Of a DNA stretch of 64,000 nucleotides, positions 1 through 8,138 are shown piece after piece. Each line of letters opens with the position of its first letter. Within the stretch, counting starts at the first letter, position 1. The notes under the pieces are model-generated. The model was given only the letters and a program-made list of their open reading frames with translations, was not told the origin of the DNA and did no database searches. Source of the DNA: an uncultured Gammaproteobacteria bacterium (lineage in GTDB: Bacteria; Patescibacteriota; Patescibacteriia; Buchananbacterales; UBA6539); NCBI GenBank assembly GCA_964497245.1, contig CAZCCC010000001.1, forward strand, positions 10,297-74,296. Direction: 5' to 3'. The position numbers and the translations under genes were made by a program.

Positions 1-237
1 CAATTTCTAGATTTCCCCCCTACCTTGGTTGTTGCAGAGGCAAAATGGAGAGAAAGGCTAGGGCAGAGAGGAAGTTAAGTTAAAAGTAATTTTCCAGGCT
101 TTACATATCTCGCAGGGGAAAGAGATTGATTGAATTAAAATCTTTTAAATCAAACTCCGCAAAAAGCAATTTCTAGATTTCCCCTCTCCCCTTGTGGGAG
201 AGGGTTAGGGAGAGGGGGTGGAGTAGAGAATAAAACC
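1..237. repeat. Two copies of a roughly 70-bp palindromic repeat unit (cover 1-80 and 160-237), same family as 621-884; copy 1 is truncated at the window start
   Basis: caatttctagatttcccc occurs at 1-18 and 168-185. Copy 2 contains the hairpin cccctctcccc-ttgtg-ggagaggg (181-204) followed by gggagagggggtggagtagag. Confidence 0.7.
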
Positions 238-253
238 ACGGCAAAATAAAATT

Positions 254-601
254 ATGAAAAAAAGATTAGTAAAAATAGCAAGAGTTTTAAGAAAGAATTC
301 AACCGATCAAGAATCAAAATTATGGTATAATATTAAAAATAAAAATTTTGCCAATTTAAAATTTCGTCGTCAATATCCTATTGGTGATTATGTTGTAGAT
401 TTTTGTTGCCCTGCCAAGAAATTAGTTTTAGAGTTAGACGGCAGTGGTCATTTATTGGCTAATCAGAGAGTAAAAGATGAAATCAGGGATAAATTTTTAG
501 TAGAGCAGGGATTTCAAGTTATTAGAATAAATAATAGTGATATTAATGGAAATTTAGACGGAGTTTTAGAAAGCATTTTTAATTTATTAGACAGAGATTA
601 A
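254..601 (+). CDS. DUF559 domain protein (Vsr/restriction-endonuclease-like fold)
   Basis: 115 aa; motifs QESKLW, RRQYPIGDYVVDFCCP and LVLELDGSGH are typical of the DUF559 family. Flanked on both sides by palindromic repeat units. Confidence 0.7.
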   Translation: MKKRLVKIARVLRKNSTDQESKLWYNIKNKNFANLKFRRQYPIGDYVVDFCCPAKKLVLELDGSGHLLANQRVKDEIRDKFLVEQGFQVIRINNSDINGNLDGVLESIFNLLDRD

Positions 602-620
602 TTTTGTAGGTTTGCTTTTA

Positions 621-884
621 CCCCTCACCCGCTAAAAAAATCAAAGTGCCCTATCACGCAAGGGGAGAGGGGTTAGAAGTAAAGTTTTTTGCAAAGCTAA
701 ATAAAAAAAATATTTTCAAATTTTCTCTCTCCCTTGGTGGGAGAGGGTAGGGGTAAGAAGGATGAAAGTAATATATGATTTTCTTTTACCTTGGCAATAA
801 ATTATAATCAAAGTTAAAATCTAATTTCCGCACAAAGCTTTATTTAAGCTTTCCCTCTCCCTTGGTGGGAGAGGGGGAGTAGAG
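621..884. repeat. Three further palindromic repeat units (621-680, 700-762, 826-884) between the DUF559 gene and the dehydrogenase gene
   Basis: Hairpins: cccctcaccc...ggggagagggg (621-672), tctctctccc-ttggtg-ggagaggg (724-746) and tccctctccc-ttggtg-ggagaggggg (852-877). Each is preceded by a gcaaagc/ccgcacaaagc motif and followed by tagggg/gagtagag. Confidence 0.75.
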
Positions 885-940
885 TAAAATAAAAAGATTC
901 ATTCCATTGATTTTTAAAGCAATAATTATATAAATAAATT

Positions 941-2191
941 ATGGAAACAAAAATTTGTGTCGTCGGTCTAGGCTATGTTGGATTGCCTCTGGCTTGCCTG
1001 CTTTCAAAAAAATACAAAGTTTATGGGTTTGATATAAGCGAAAAAAAAATAAATAATCTTAAAAACGGCTATGATGAAACAGGAGAAGTTGAAAATTTTT
1101 CTGATTTTAATTTGGAAATATCCAGCGATCCGGCAATTATAAAAAATGCAAATTTTATAATTGTTGCCGTTCCCACACCGGTAAAAGAAGATTTTACGCC
1201 TGATATCAGCTTGGTTTTAAGCGCTTCCGGCCTTGTCGGTCAAAATTTGCAATCCGGCTCAATTGTTGTTTACGAAAGCACCGTTTATCCAGGATGCACC
1301 GAAGAAGACTGCCTGTCGGTTTTGGAAAAAGAATCCCGGCTTCAATTAAATAAAGATTTTGGTTTGGGCTACTCGCCTGAGCGGGTTAATCCGGGCGACA
1401 AAACCCATACAATTGATAAAATTTTTAAAATTGTTTCAGGAAGTGACGAAAAAACCTTGGAAAATATAGCTGAAGTTTACGGTTCAATTACTCAAATTCA
1501 TAAAACAACTTCGATTAAAGTTGCTGAAGCAGCGAAAGTTATTGAAAATGTTCAGCGAGATTTGAATATCGCTTTAATGAATGAATTAGCTCTTATTTTT
1601 GAAAAAATTGGTATTGACACAAAAGAGGTGATAAAAGCCGCTTCAACTAAGTGGAATTTTGGCAAATATTATCCGGGGCTTGTTGGCGGACATTGTATCG
1701 GAGTTGATCCTTATTATCTAACTTATAAGTCAAGAAAGCTGGGGTATGAACCAAAAATAATTTTAGCCGGCCGAGAGATTAATGAGTATATGGCTGAGCA
1801 CGTCGCAAAAAAAATGATAAGCAAAAACCGGGTAATGATACTAGGATTGACTTTCAAGGAAAATATCCCTGATATTAGAAATAGCAAAGCCAATGATATT
1901 TGTAGAATACTGACTGATTGGGGTAAAGAAGTTTTCGGCTTTGATCCTTTGGTTGAAGATAAAAATTATTTAAAGAAAAATTTTTGCCAAACCATTTTGG
2001 AGAGCTGGCCGCCGAAAGAAAAATTTGGTGGTATTATTGTTTTTTCTCCACATAATGAATTCAAAGATGAAAAATATTCATTGGAAAATCTTAGAAATAT
2101 TTGTGATGAAAATCCGATCATTTTTGATATTAAAGGTTTTTACGATAAATCGGAAGCTGAAAGTCTTGGTTTCAAATATTTAACATTATAG
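941..2191 (+). CDS. Nucleotide-sugar dehydrogenase, UDP-N-acetyl-D-hexosamine (GlcNAc/ManNAc) 6-dehydrogenase type (WbpA/WecC/TviB-like)
   Basis: 416 aa; N-terminal Rossmann motif VVGLGYVGLPLA and catalytic-Cys motif GGHCIGVDP, the GGHC variant typical of UDP-HexNAc dehydrogenases rather than the GGSC of UDP-Glc dehydrogenases. Confidence 0.75.
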   Translation: METKICVVGLGYVGLPLACLLSKKYKVYGFDISEKKINNLKNGYDETGEVENFSDFNLEISSDPAIIKNANFIIVAVPTPVKEDFTPDISLVLSASGLVGQNLQSGSIVVYESTVYPGCTEEDCLSVLEKESRLQLNKDFGLGYSPERVNPGDKTHTIDKIFKIVSGSDEKTLENIAEVYGSITQIHKTTSIKVAEAAKVIENVQRDLNIALMNELALIFEKIGIDTKEVIKAASTKWNFGKYYPGLVGGHCIGVDPYYLTYKSRKLGYEPKIILAGREINEYMAEHVAKKMISKNRVMILGLTFKENIPDIRNSKANDICRILTDWGKEVFGFDPLVEDKNYLKKNFCQTILESWPPKEKFGGIIVFSPHNEFKDEKYSLENLRNICDENPIIFDIKGFYDKSEAESLGFKYLTL

Positions 2192-2226
2192 AAAAACTTT
2201 TAACTTTAAAATTTTAACTATAAACC

Positions 2227-3345
2227 ATGCGCATTCTAATAATATCTCTGGCTTACCCGCCGTTTATAGGTGGAGCTGAACTGGCAGTAAAAGAAATTAC
2301 CGATCGAATTTTTGATGTCAGTTTTGATATGATTACGGCAAATTTGGATGGAAAACAAAAAGAATCTGAAAAAATCGGAAACATACAAGTTTATCGAGTT
2401 GGCAGTGGAAAAATGTCTAAATATTTTTTCCCATTTTCCGCTTTTAAAAAAGCTGAAGAGCTTCACAAAAAAAATAAATATGACGTTGTTTGGGCAATTA
2501 TGGCTAATCAGGCAGGATTGGCCGCTTTGCGATTTAAAAAAACTTTTCCAGAAGTGAAATATCTGCTAACCTTGCAGGAAGGCGATTCATTAAAGAGAAT
2601 CTGGTCGCGAACTTGGTTTATGAGGCCCAGGTATAAAGAAATTTACATGAAAGCGGATTTAATTCAGCCAATTAGTAATTTTTTAGCCAACCGAGCAAAA
2701 AAATACGGTTATAAAGGAAGAATGGAAATAGTGCCCAACGGAGTTGATCTGACTAATTTCAGCAAAGAGTATAATGAAAATGATTTGGCTGAATTTAAAA
2801 AAAGTCTTGGTCTAGAACAAAATGATAAAATTATCACAACCATTTCTCGTTTAGTGCATAAAAACGGAATTGATACATTAATAAAATCAACAAAAAATCT
2901 TCCGGTAAAAGTTTTGGTAATTGGCAGTGGTAGACTTGAAAATAAACTCAAGTCATTGGCTCAAGAAATAGGCGTTAGAGATAAAGTTTTATTTTTAGGT
3001 TATATTCCCTCAAAAAATTTACCAAAGTATCTTAAAATAACAGATGTATTTGTACGCACTTCTCGTTCTGAAGGTCTTGGTTCGGCTTTCTTGGAAGCCA
3101 TGGCTGCCGAAGTTCCGGTCATTGGAACGTGTGTAGGTGGAATTCCTGATTTTTTGAAAGTCGATGAAACCGGCTTATTTTGTGAAGTGGGCAATCCGGC
3201 GGATTTAGCAGAAAAGATTAAAATTTTACTTGCCGATTCGGAATTGAAAAAAAAATTAATAGCCAATAGCAAGAAGTTGGTTATGGAAAACTATGACTGG
3301 TTGCCAATTTCTGAAAAAATGGAAAATATTTTTAAAGAGTTATGA
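2227..3345 (+). CDS. Glycosyltransferase family 4 (GT-B)
   Basis: 372 aa; C-terminal motif EGLGSAFLEAMAAEVPVIGTCVGGIPDF (the GT4 E-x7-E region). Confidence 0.75.
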   Translation: MRILIISLAYPPFIGGAELAVKEITDRIFDVSFDMITANLDGKQKESEKIGNIQVYRVGSGKMSKYFFPFSAFKKAEELHKKNKYDVVWAIMANQAGLAALRFKKTFPEVKYLLTLQEGDSLKRIWSRTWFMRPRYKEIYMKADLIQPISNFLANRAKKYGYKGRMEIVPNGVDLTNFSKEYNENDLAEFKKSLGLEQNDKIITTISRLVHKNGIDTLIKSTKNLPVKVLVIGSGRLENKLKSLAQEIGVRDKVLFLGYIPSKNLPKYLKITDVFVRTSRSEGLGSAFLEAMAAEVPVIGTCVGGIPDFLKVDETGLFCEVGNPADLAEKIKILLADSELKKKLIANSKKLVMENYDWLPISEKMENIFKEL

Positions 3346-4592
3346 AATTAATAATTGCAGCTGAAATTTTTCCACCGGATATTGGTGGGCCGGCAACATA
3401 TAGTAAAAAATTTGCAAAAGAGTTAATTCATTTGGGTTGGGAGGTTGAACTAATTTGTTATAGTCAAAATAAGCAGAAAAATGATTTCAGTTTTAAGGTT
3501 TTTAGAATTATTAAAAGCAGGATTAAAGGTTGGCATTATTTTAAATATTTTTTTAAGCTATTACGTTTAGCTTTTAAGTGTGATGTAATTTATGCCCAAG
3601 GCCCAATAAGCTCCGGCTTGCCTGCTGTTGTAGTTGCTTTTTTATTGCGTAAAAAAGTTGTAGTAAAGGTTGTAGGTGATTATGCATGGGAACAATACAT
3701 GAATAAACAAGTTAAATTATCAATTAGTAAAACTATTAGTATTGATGAATTTCAAAAGCGACAAGAAAAAAAATTTGATAAAAAAATTGAACTATTAAAA
3801 TGGATTGAAAAGAAAGTTTGCAATAAAGCAGATAAAGTAATTGTTCCCAGTAGGTATTTGAAAAATATTGTACAAGGTTGGGGGGTAAAAGAACATAAAG
3901 TAAATGTAATTTATAATTCTATTAATTTAATGGATAAATTTGGTGCTATTGATAAAGTGAATGCAAGAAAAAAATTAGGATTTAATAGTAATGATTTTAT
4001 TGTTATTTCAGTTGGTCGACCTGTCTCATGGAAAGGTTTTGGCATGCTTGCGATTGTATCATCTGAATTAATAGAGGAAGAAAATATTCCGCTTAAATTA
4101 AGATTATTAGGTGTTGATAATGTGTCACAGTTAAATAGGCTTATTAAACTGTATGAAGATCAGGTAGTATATGAAAACCAGCCTTTAAGTAATTCAGATA
4201 AAGTAGTAAGAGTTTTAAAAGTAGAGGATATTAAAGACTTTCCTGCAGGGATACAGCCAAAGTTAAAAGTTTATGAATACTTACTAGCAGCAGATTTGTT
4301 TGTTTTAAATACTGCTTACGAGGGCTTACCCCACACTATTTTAGAAGCTATGGATGCTGGTGTTCCTGTGGTTACTACAAATATGTGTGGCAATCCGGAA
4401 GTTGTTACGGATGGATATAATGGTTTACTAATTGAATATAATAATAAAGAACAACTCAAAGAAGTAATTTTAAAACTTTATAATAATAGAGAATTGTGTC
4501 ATAAATTAGTAGCTAATTCTAAAAAAGTTTTAGAAAAATTCACATTTAATAAGATGATTAGTGATACTATTAAAACTTTAAAATCAATATGA
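3342..4592 (+). CDS. Glycosyltransferase family 4
   Basis: 416 aa; motif EGLPHTILEAMDAGVPVVTTNMCGNPEVV; 4-nt ATGA overlap with the upstream gene. Confidence 0.7.
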   Translation: MKLIIAAEIFPPDIGGPATYSKKFAKELIHLGWEVELICYSQNKQKNDFSFKVFRIIKSRIKGWHYFKYFFKLLRLAFKCDVIYAQGPISSGLPAVVVAFLLRKKVVVKVVGDYAWEQYMNKQVKLSISKTISIDEFQKRQEKKFDKKIELLKWIEKKVCNKADKVIVPSRYLKNIVQGWGVKEHKVNVIYNSINLMDKFGAIDKVNARKKLGFNSNDFIVISVGRPVSWKGFGMLAIVSSELIEEENIPLKLRLLGVDNVSQLNRLIKLYEDQVVYENQPLSNSDKVVRVLKVEDIKDFPAGIQPKLKVYEYLLAADLFVLNTAYEGLPHTILEAMDAGVPVVTTNMCGNPEVVTDGYNGLLIEYNNKEQLKEVILKLYNNRELCHKLVANSKKVLEKFTFNKMISDTIKTLKSI

Positions 4593-5680
4593 AAGTGCTT
4601 ATGCTTTCAATTGACAGAGGCTTACTTGGCGCGCGACAGTTAGGAGATGTAGTTGAACGTCACAAAAAATACGGCGAATTTGTTGATCAATTGGATATCG
4701 TTGTTTTTTGCAAGACAGGTTTTAATAAAAATATAATTTCAGAAAAAGTAGCTGTCTATCCGACAAATTCTAAAAGCAAATTAAAATATTTTTTTGACGC
4801 AAAGCACGTAGGCAAAAAGCTGTCTAAAAAAATAAAGTATGATTTAATTGTGACGCAAGAGCCTTTTTTGACTGGTTTAGTAGGCGTGTGTCTAAAAAAT
4901 GAATTTGGCAATAAATTATTAGTACATTTACATGGGGATTTTATTGGGCTATATATGTTATTTGCCAAAATATTTGTTTTGCCAAAAGCCGATGGTATTA
5001 GAGTAATGAGCCAAGGGCAGAGAGATAAATTGATTAAAGCGGGAATAGATGAAAATAAGATTAGAGTAATTTCTACACCTGTTGATTTGGATAAATATTT
5101 AAATCAAGAATCAATGATTAAGAATAAAGAATTAAGAATTAAGAATAAAGAATTGAGAATAATTCTTCATGTTGGGCGCGATGATAAAGTTAAAGATTAT
5201 CCAACTTTGATCAAGGCTTTTAAAATAGTTAGCCAAAAATTGCCGAACACTAAATTTGTTCAGGCCGGAGCTGACCTTGAAATTAAAAAAGCGATTCAAA
5301 ATTTCGGCCCGCTTGAAGTAGATATCTTGGGAAAAGTCAGCGCTGAAAATCTGATAAATATTTATCACAGATCCGATGTTGTGGTTTTAAGTTCAACTTC
5401 TGAAAGTTTTGGTAAGGTCTTGGTTGAGGCCAACGCTTGCGGTAAGCCGGTAGTGTCAACAGCAACAACCGGTGCCAAAGAAATTATTCAACATGGTTAT
5501 AATGGATATTTAGTGCCGGTTGGCAATGCCAATGCTTTAGCGGAAAATATTTTATACCTTTTGAATAATCCTGAATTGGCAAAAACGATGGGAGAAAATG
5601 GCCGTAAATCAGTTCAGGAAAAATATGGTGACAATACCGAAAAAATAATTAATTTTTGGAGAGAAATAATTAAGTTATGA
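4589..5680 (+). CDS. Glycosyltransferase family 4; contains an in-frame 21-bp tandem duplication
   Basis: 363 aa; motif ESFGKVLVEANACGKPVVST; start overlaps the upstream stop by 4 nt. Confidence 0.7.
   Translation: MKVLMLSIDRGLLGARQLGDVVERHKKYGEFVDQLDIVVFCKTGFNKNIISEKVAVYPTNSKSKLKYFFDAKHVGKKLSKKIKYDLIVTQEPFLTGLVGVCLKNEFGNKLLVHLHGDFIGLYMLFAKIFVLPKADGIRVMSQGQRDKLIKAGIDENKIRVISTPVDLDKYLNQESMIKNKELRIKNKELRIILHVGRDDKVKDYPTLIKAFKIVSQKLPNTKFVQAGADLEIKKAIQNFGPLEVDILGKVSAENLINIYHRSDVVVLSSTSESFGKVLVEANACGKPVVSTATTGAKEIIQHGYNGYLVPVGNANALAENILYLLNNPELAKTMGENGRKSVQEKYGDNTEKIINFWREIIKL
5117..5158 (+). repeat. 21-bp direct tandem duplication inside the GT4 gene (encodes IKNKELR twice)
   Basis: attaagaataaagaattaaga / attaagaataaagaattgaga, with one mismatch. 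Confidence 0.8.
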
Positions 5681-6177
5681 AAAAAATAATTTGTCATAAT
5701 CTCTTTAGAGAGGAATTTGAAGTTGATTCCAGTAAATTATATTTCAGGCCTTCAATTTATGGAATTTTAATAGAAGATAAAAAAGTGCTATTGTCCAGAC
5801 AACATGGTGGTTATGATTTTCCCGGTGGCGGAATCAATATTGACGAGACTTTGGACGAAGCCTTAAAGCGTGAATTTTGGGAAGAAACCGGAATAATTAT
5901 AGAGCCTGTTATACCCATTCATTGTGAAACTTCGTTTTTTTGCCCAGCACATTCACCAAAACACAAAAATGAATATTGGAATTGCGTTTTGATTTATTAC
6001 CTGGTTAGAAAAATTGGCGGAAAAATTTCAAAGGATAATTTTGACGAAGAAGAAAAAAACTATGCTGATTTGCCGGAATGGATTGATATTGAGAAAATTA
6101 CAAAATTGAAATATTATAATTCCGTTGACAATCAAAAGATTATACTGAAAGCGGCTGAATTAATAAAATCAGTTTAA
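5677..6177 (+). CDS. NUDIX hydrolase (likely nucleotide-sugar pyrophosphatase)
   Basis: 166 aa; Nudix box GGINIDETLDEALKREFWEETGI (G-x5-E-x7-REUxEExGU). Confidence 0.7.
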   Translation: MKKIICHNLFREEFEVDSSKLYFRPSIYGILIEDKKVLLSRQHGGYDFPGGGINIDETLDEALKREFWEETGIIIEPVIPIHCETSFFCPAHSPKHKNEYWNCVLIYYLVRKIGGKISKDNFDEEEKNYADLPEWIDIEKITKLKYYNSVDNQKIILKAAELIKSV

Positions 6178-6204
6178 TTTAATAGTTTATAAGTTTTAAT
6201 AGTT

Positions 6205-7251
6205 ATGAAGTTATTAATGATTACAAGAAAAGTTGATAGAAACGATCATTTGGCAGGGTTTACTTATAATTGGGTAAAAAAAATTGGAGAGCAGGTTGAA
6301 GAACTTAGAGTAATTAGTTGGCAGGAAGGGGACAGCTTTGGCTTGCCGGAAAATATTAAAGTTTATCATTTGCCGACCAATGGTAATAAGTTTTTGAAGA
6401 TTATAAAATTCAAATTATTAGTTTGGAAAAATTTAAACGGAGTTGATGGAATTTTTTGTCATCAAATGCCAATTTATACTATTATTGCCGGATTTTTGGC
6501 TCGTTTAAAGGGAAAGAAGGTAGTTAGCTGGTATATGCACAAGCAAGTTGATTGGCGAGTTAAACTGATGGAAAAGATTGCTAACGTTATTTTATCAGCT
6601 TCAAAAGAAAGTTTTCGCCTGCCCTCTAAAAAATTAGTGATTACCGGTCATGGAATTGATATTAAAATGTTTAAACTGGGTCAAAAAAATCAAAATAATG
6701 ATATTTTTAAAATAATAAGCATTGGCCGAATTTCCCCAACAAAAGACTATGAATCAATGATTAAAGCAGTTGATATTTTGGTAAAAAAGGGAATTAGTAA
6801 TATAAAATTAACCATTATTGGTGATGCTGGTCTTGCCTCACAAAAGGTTTATTTTGAAAATTTAAAACAAATGTATTTAAAAATGGGTTTACAGGGAAAA
6901 GTTGAATTTTTAGGGTCAAAACCCAATAATGAGATTTCTGCTTATTTACAGCAGTCGGATTTGTTTATTAATATGAGTAGTACCGGAAGTATAGACAAAG
7001 CGGTTTTAGAAGCAATGAGTTGTGGCTGTTTAGTTTTGACCGCTAACGAAGCTTTTTTAGGCATCTTACCTGAAGAATTAAGAACTGAAAGGGATAATCC
7101 ACAAATACTTGCGGGAAAAATAAAAGCAATTATTAATATCCCATCAGAAAAATCTAGCAAATTAAGAGAAGATCTAAGGCAAGAAGTTGTAGAAAACCAT
7201 AATTTGGATAATTTAGTTAAAAAAATAGTGCAATGTTTTTCAAAAGATTAA
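6205..7251 (+). CDS. Glycosyltransferase, GT4-like (Glycos_transf_1 C-terminal domain)
   Basis: 348 aa; RISPTKDYESMIKAV ... EAMSCGCLVLTANEAF. Confidence 0.55.
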   Translation: MKLLMITRKVDRNDHLAGFTYNWVKKIGEQVEELRVISWQEGDSFGLPENIKVYHLPTNGNKFLKIIKFKLLVWKNLNGVDGIFCHQMPIYTIIAGFLARLKGKKVVSWYMHKQVDWRVKLMEKIANVILSASKESFRLPSKKLVITGHGIDIKMFKLGQKNQNNDIFKIISIGRISPTKDYESMIKAVDILVKKGISNIKLTIIGDAGLASQKVYFENLKQMYLKMGLQGKVEFLGSKPNNEISAYLQQSDLFINMSSTGSIDKAVLEAMSCGCLVLTANEAFLGILPEELRTERDNPQILAGKIKAIINIPSEKSSKLREDLRQEVVENHNLDNLVKKIVQCFSKD

Positions 7252-8138
7252 AATTAGAGTTTTTCTATTTACGTAAAGCGTTTTTTGAGTATCGCGCTGG
7301 CTTTAAATATATTTATAATAAATTTATTTTAGCTCCGAAAATTTTAAAAACAAATAAGATTTTAGAAAAACCCATAAATAATAATGATTTATCTATTCAT
7401 ATTTTGACTTGCCACAAAGATTTAGTAATGACAGTCTGGTCGTTAGCTAGTTTCTACAGAAATATTGAGGTGGTTGGACAACTTTTCATTCATAGCGACG
7501 GAAGCCTTAATTCAACAGATGAAGATATTCTAAAGAAATTTTTTCCGAATGCAAAAATAATTGTTCCAGGTTACTTATTTGAGAAATATAATTTAGAATT
7601 AAATAGCTATTTAATTGTAAGAAAATTTAGAATAGAATTTACCAATTATTTTTTGCTTAAAAAATTGATTGATCCTTATTTTGTTTCCGATAAAAAATTT
7701 CGTTTAATTATTGATTCTGATTTATTATGGCTTTCATCGGCCAAGGAAATTAGCAGCGCTGTCATTGAAAATAAAAGTCAGGCATTAATGATGAAGAATA
7801 ATAATAGCTGTTATATTTATTTTAAAAGTGGCAAATCAAGCGATAATTTAGCGTCTTTTAATTCCGGAATTGTTTTGTATAACAAAATCGATTTTAACCT
7901 GGATAAATTGTCAGACTATTTAAGCAAGATTGATATTGAGAATAAAGAGAATTCTCATTTTATTGAACAAGCTGGTTATGCCTATTGTTTAAATAATCTG
8001 GTTTCGTTGCCTGAAAACTTATACTCTATAAAAGATAAAATTGATGGTAAAACGGTCGTTAAGCATTATACCAGTCCACGGCGGCCATTATTTTTTATTG
8101 AGGGTCTAGAAATTTTAAAGGATAGAATATTAAATTAA
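7233..8138 (+). CDS. Hypothetical protein, possibly a GT-A-fold (GT8-like) nucleotide-diphospho-sugar transferase
   Basis: 301 aa; DxD-like IDSDLLW, FNSGIVLYNK (cf. the GT8 NSGVML motif) and KHYTSPRRP (cf. GT8 H-x-x-G-x-x-KPW). Weak. Confidence 0.35.
   Translation: MFFKRLKLEFFYLRKAFFEYRAGFKYIYNKFILAPKILKTNKILEKPINNNDLSIHILTCHKDLVMTVWSLASFYRNIEVVGQLFIHSDGSLNSTDEDILKKFFPNAKIIVPGYLFEKYNLELNSYLIVRKFRIEFTNYFLLKKLIDPYFVSDKKFRLIIDSDLLWLSSAKEISSAVIENKSQALMMKNNNSCYIYFKSGKSSDNLASFNSGIVLYNKIDFNLDKLSDYLSKIDIENKENSHFIEQAGYAYCLNNLVSLPENLYSIKDKIDGKTVVKHYTSPRRPLFFIEGLEILKDRILN

Noticed and set aside
1-900. Possible CRISPR array suggested by the repeated CTCTCCC...GGGAGAG motif
   Set aside because: Unit spacing is irregular (about 160, 440, 85 and 130 bp), the units differ in length and are themselves hairpin palindromes with variable flanks, and a protein gene sits inside the array; this is a REP/MITE-like architecture, not repeat-spacer.
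2236-3272. Antisense ORFs 2236-2466(-), 2348-2557(+), 2709-2951(-), 3000-3272(-) within the GT4 gene
   Set aside because: Fully nested in a long ORF with strong family motifs; low-complexity translations typical of AT-rich antisense frames.
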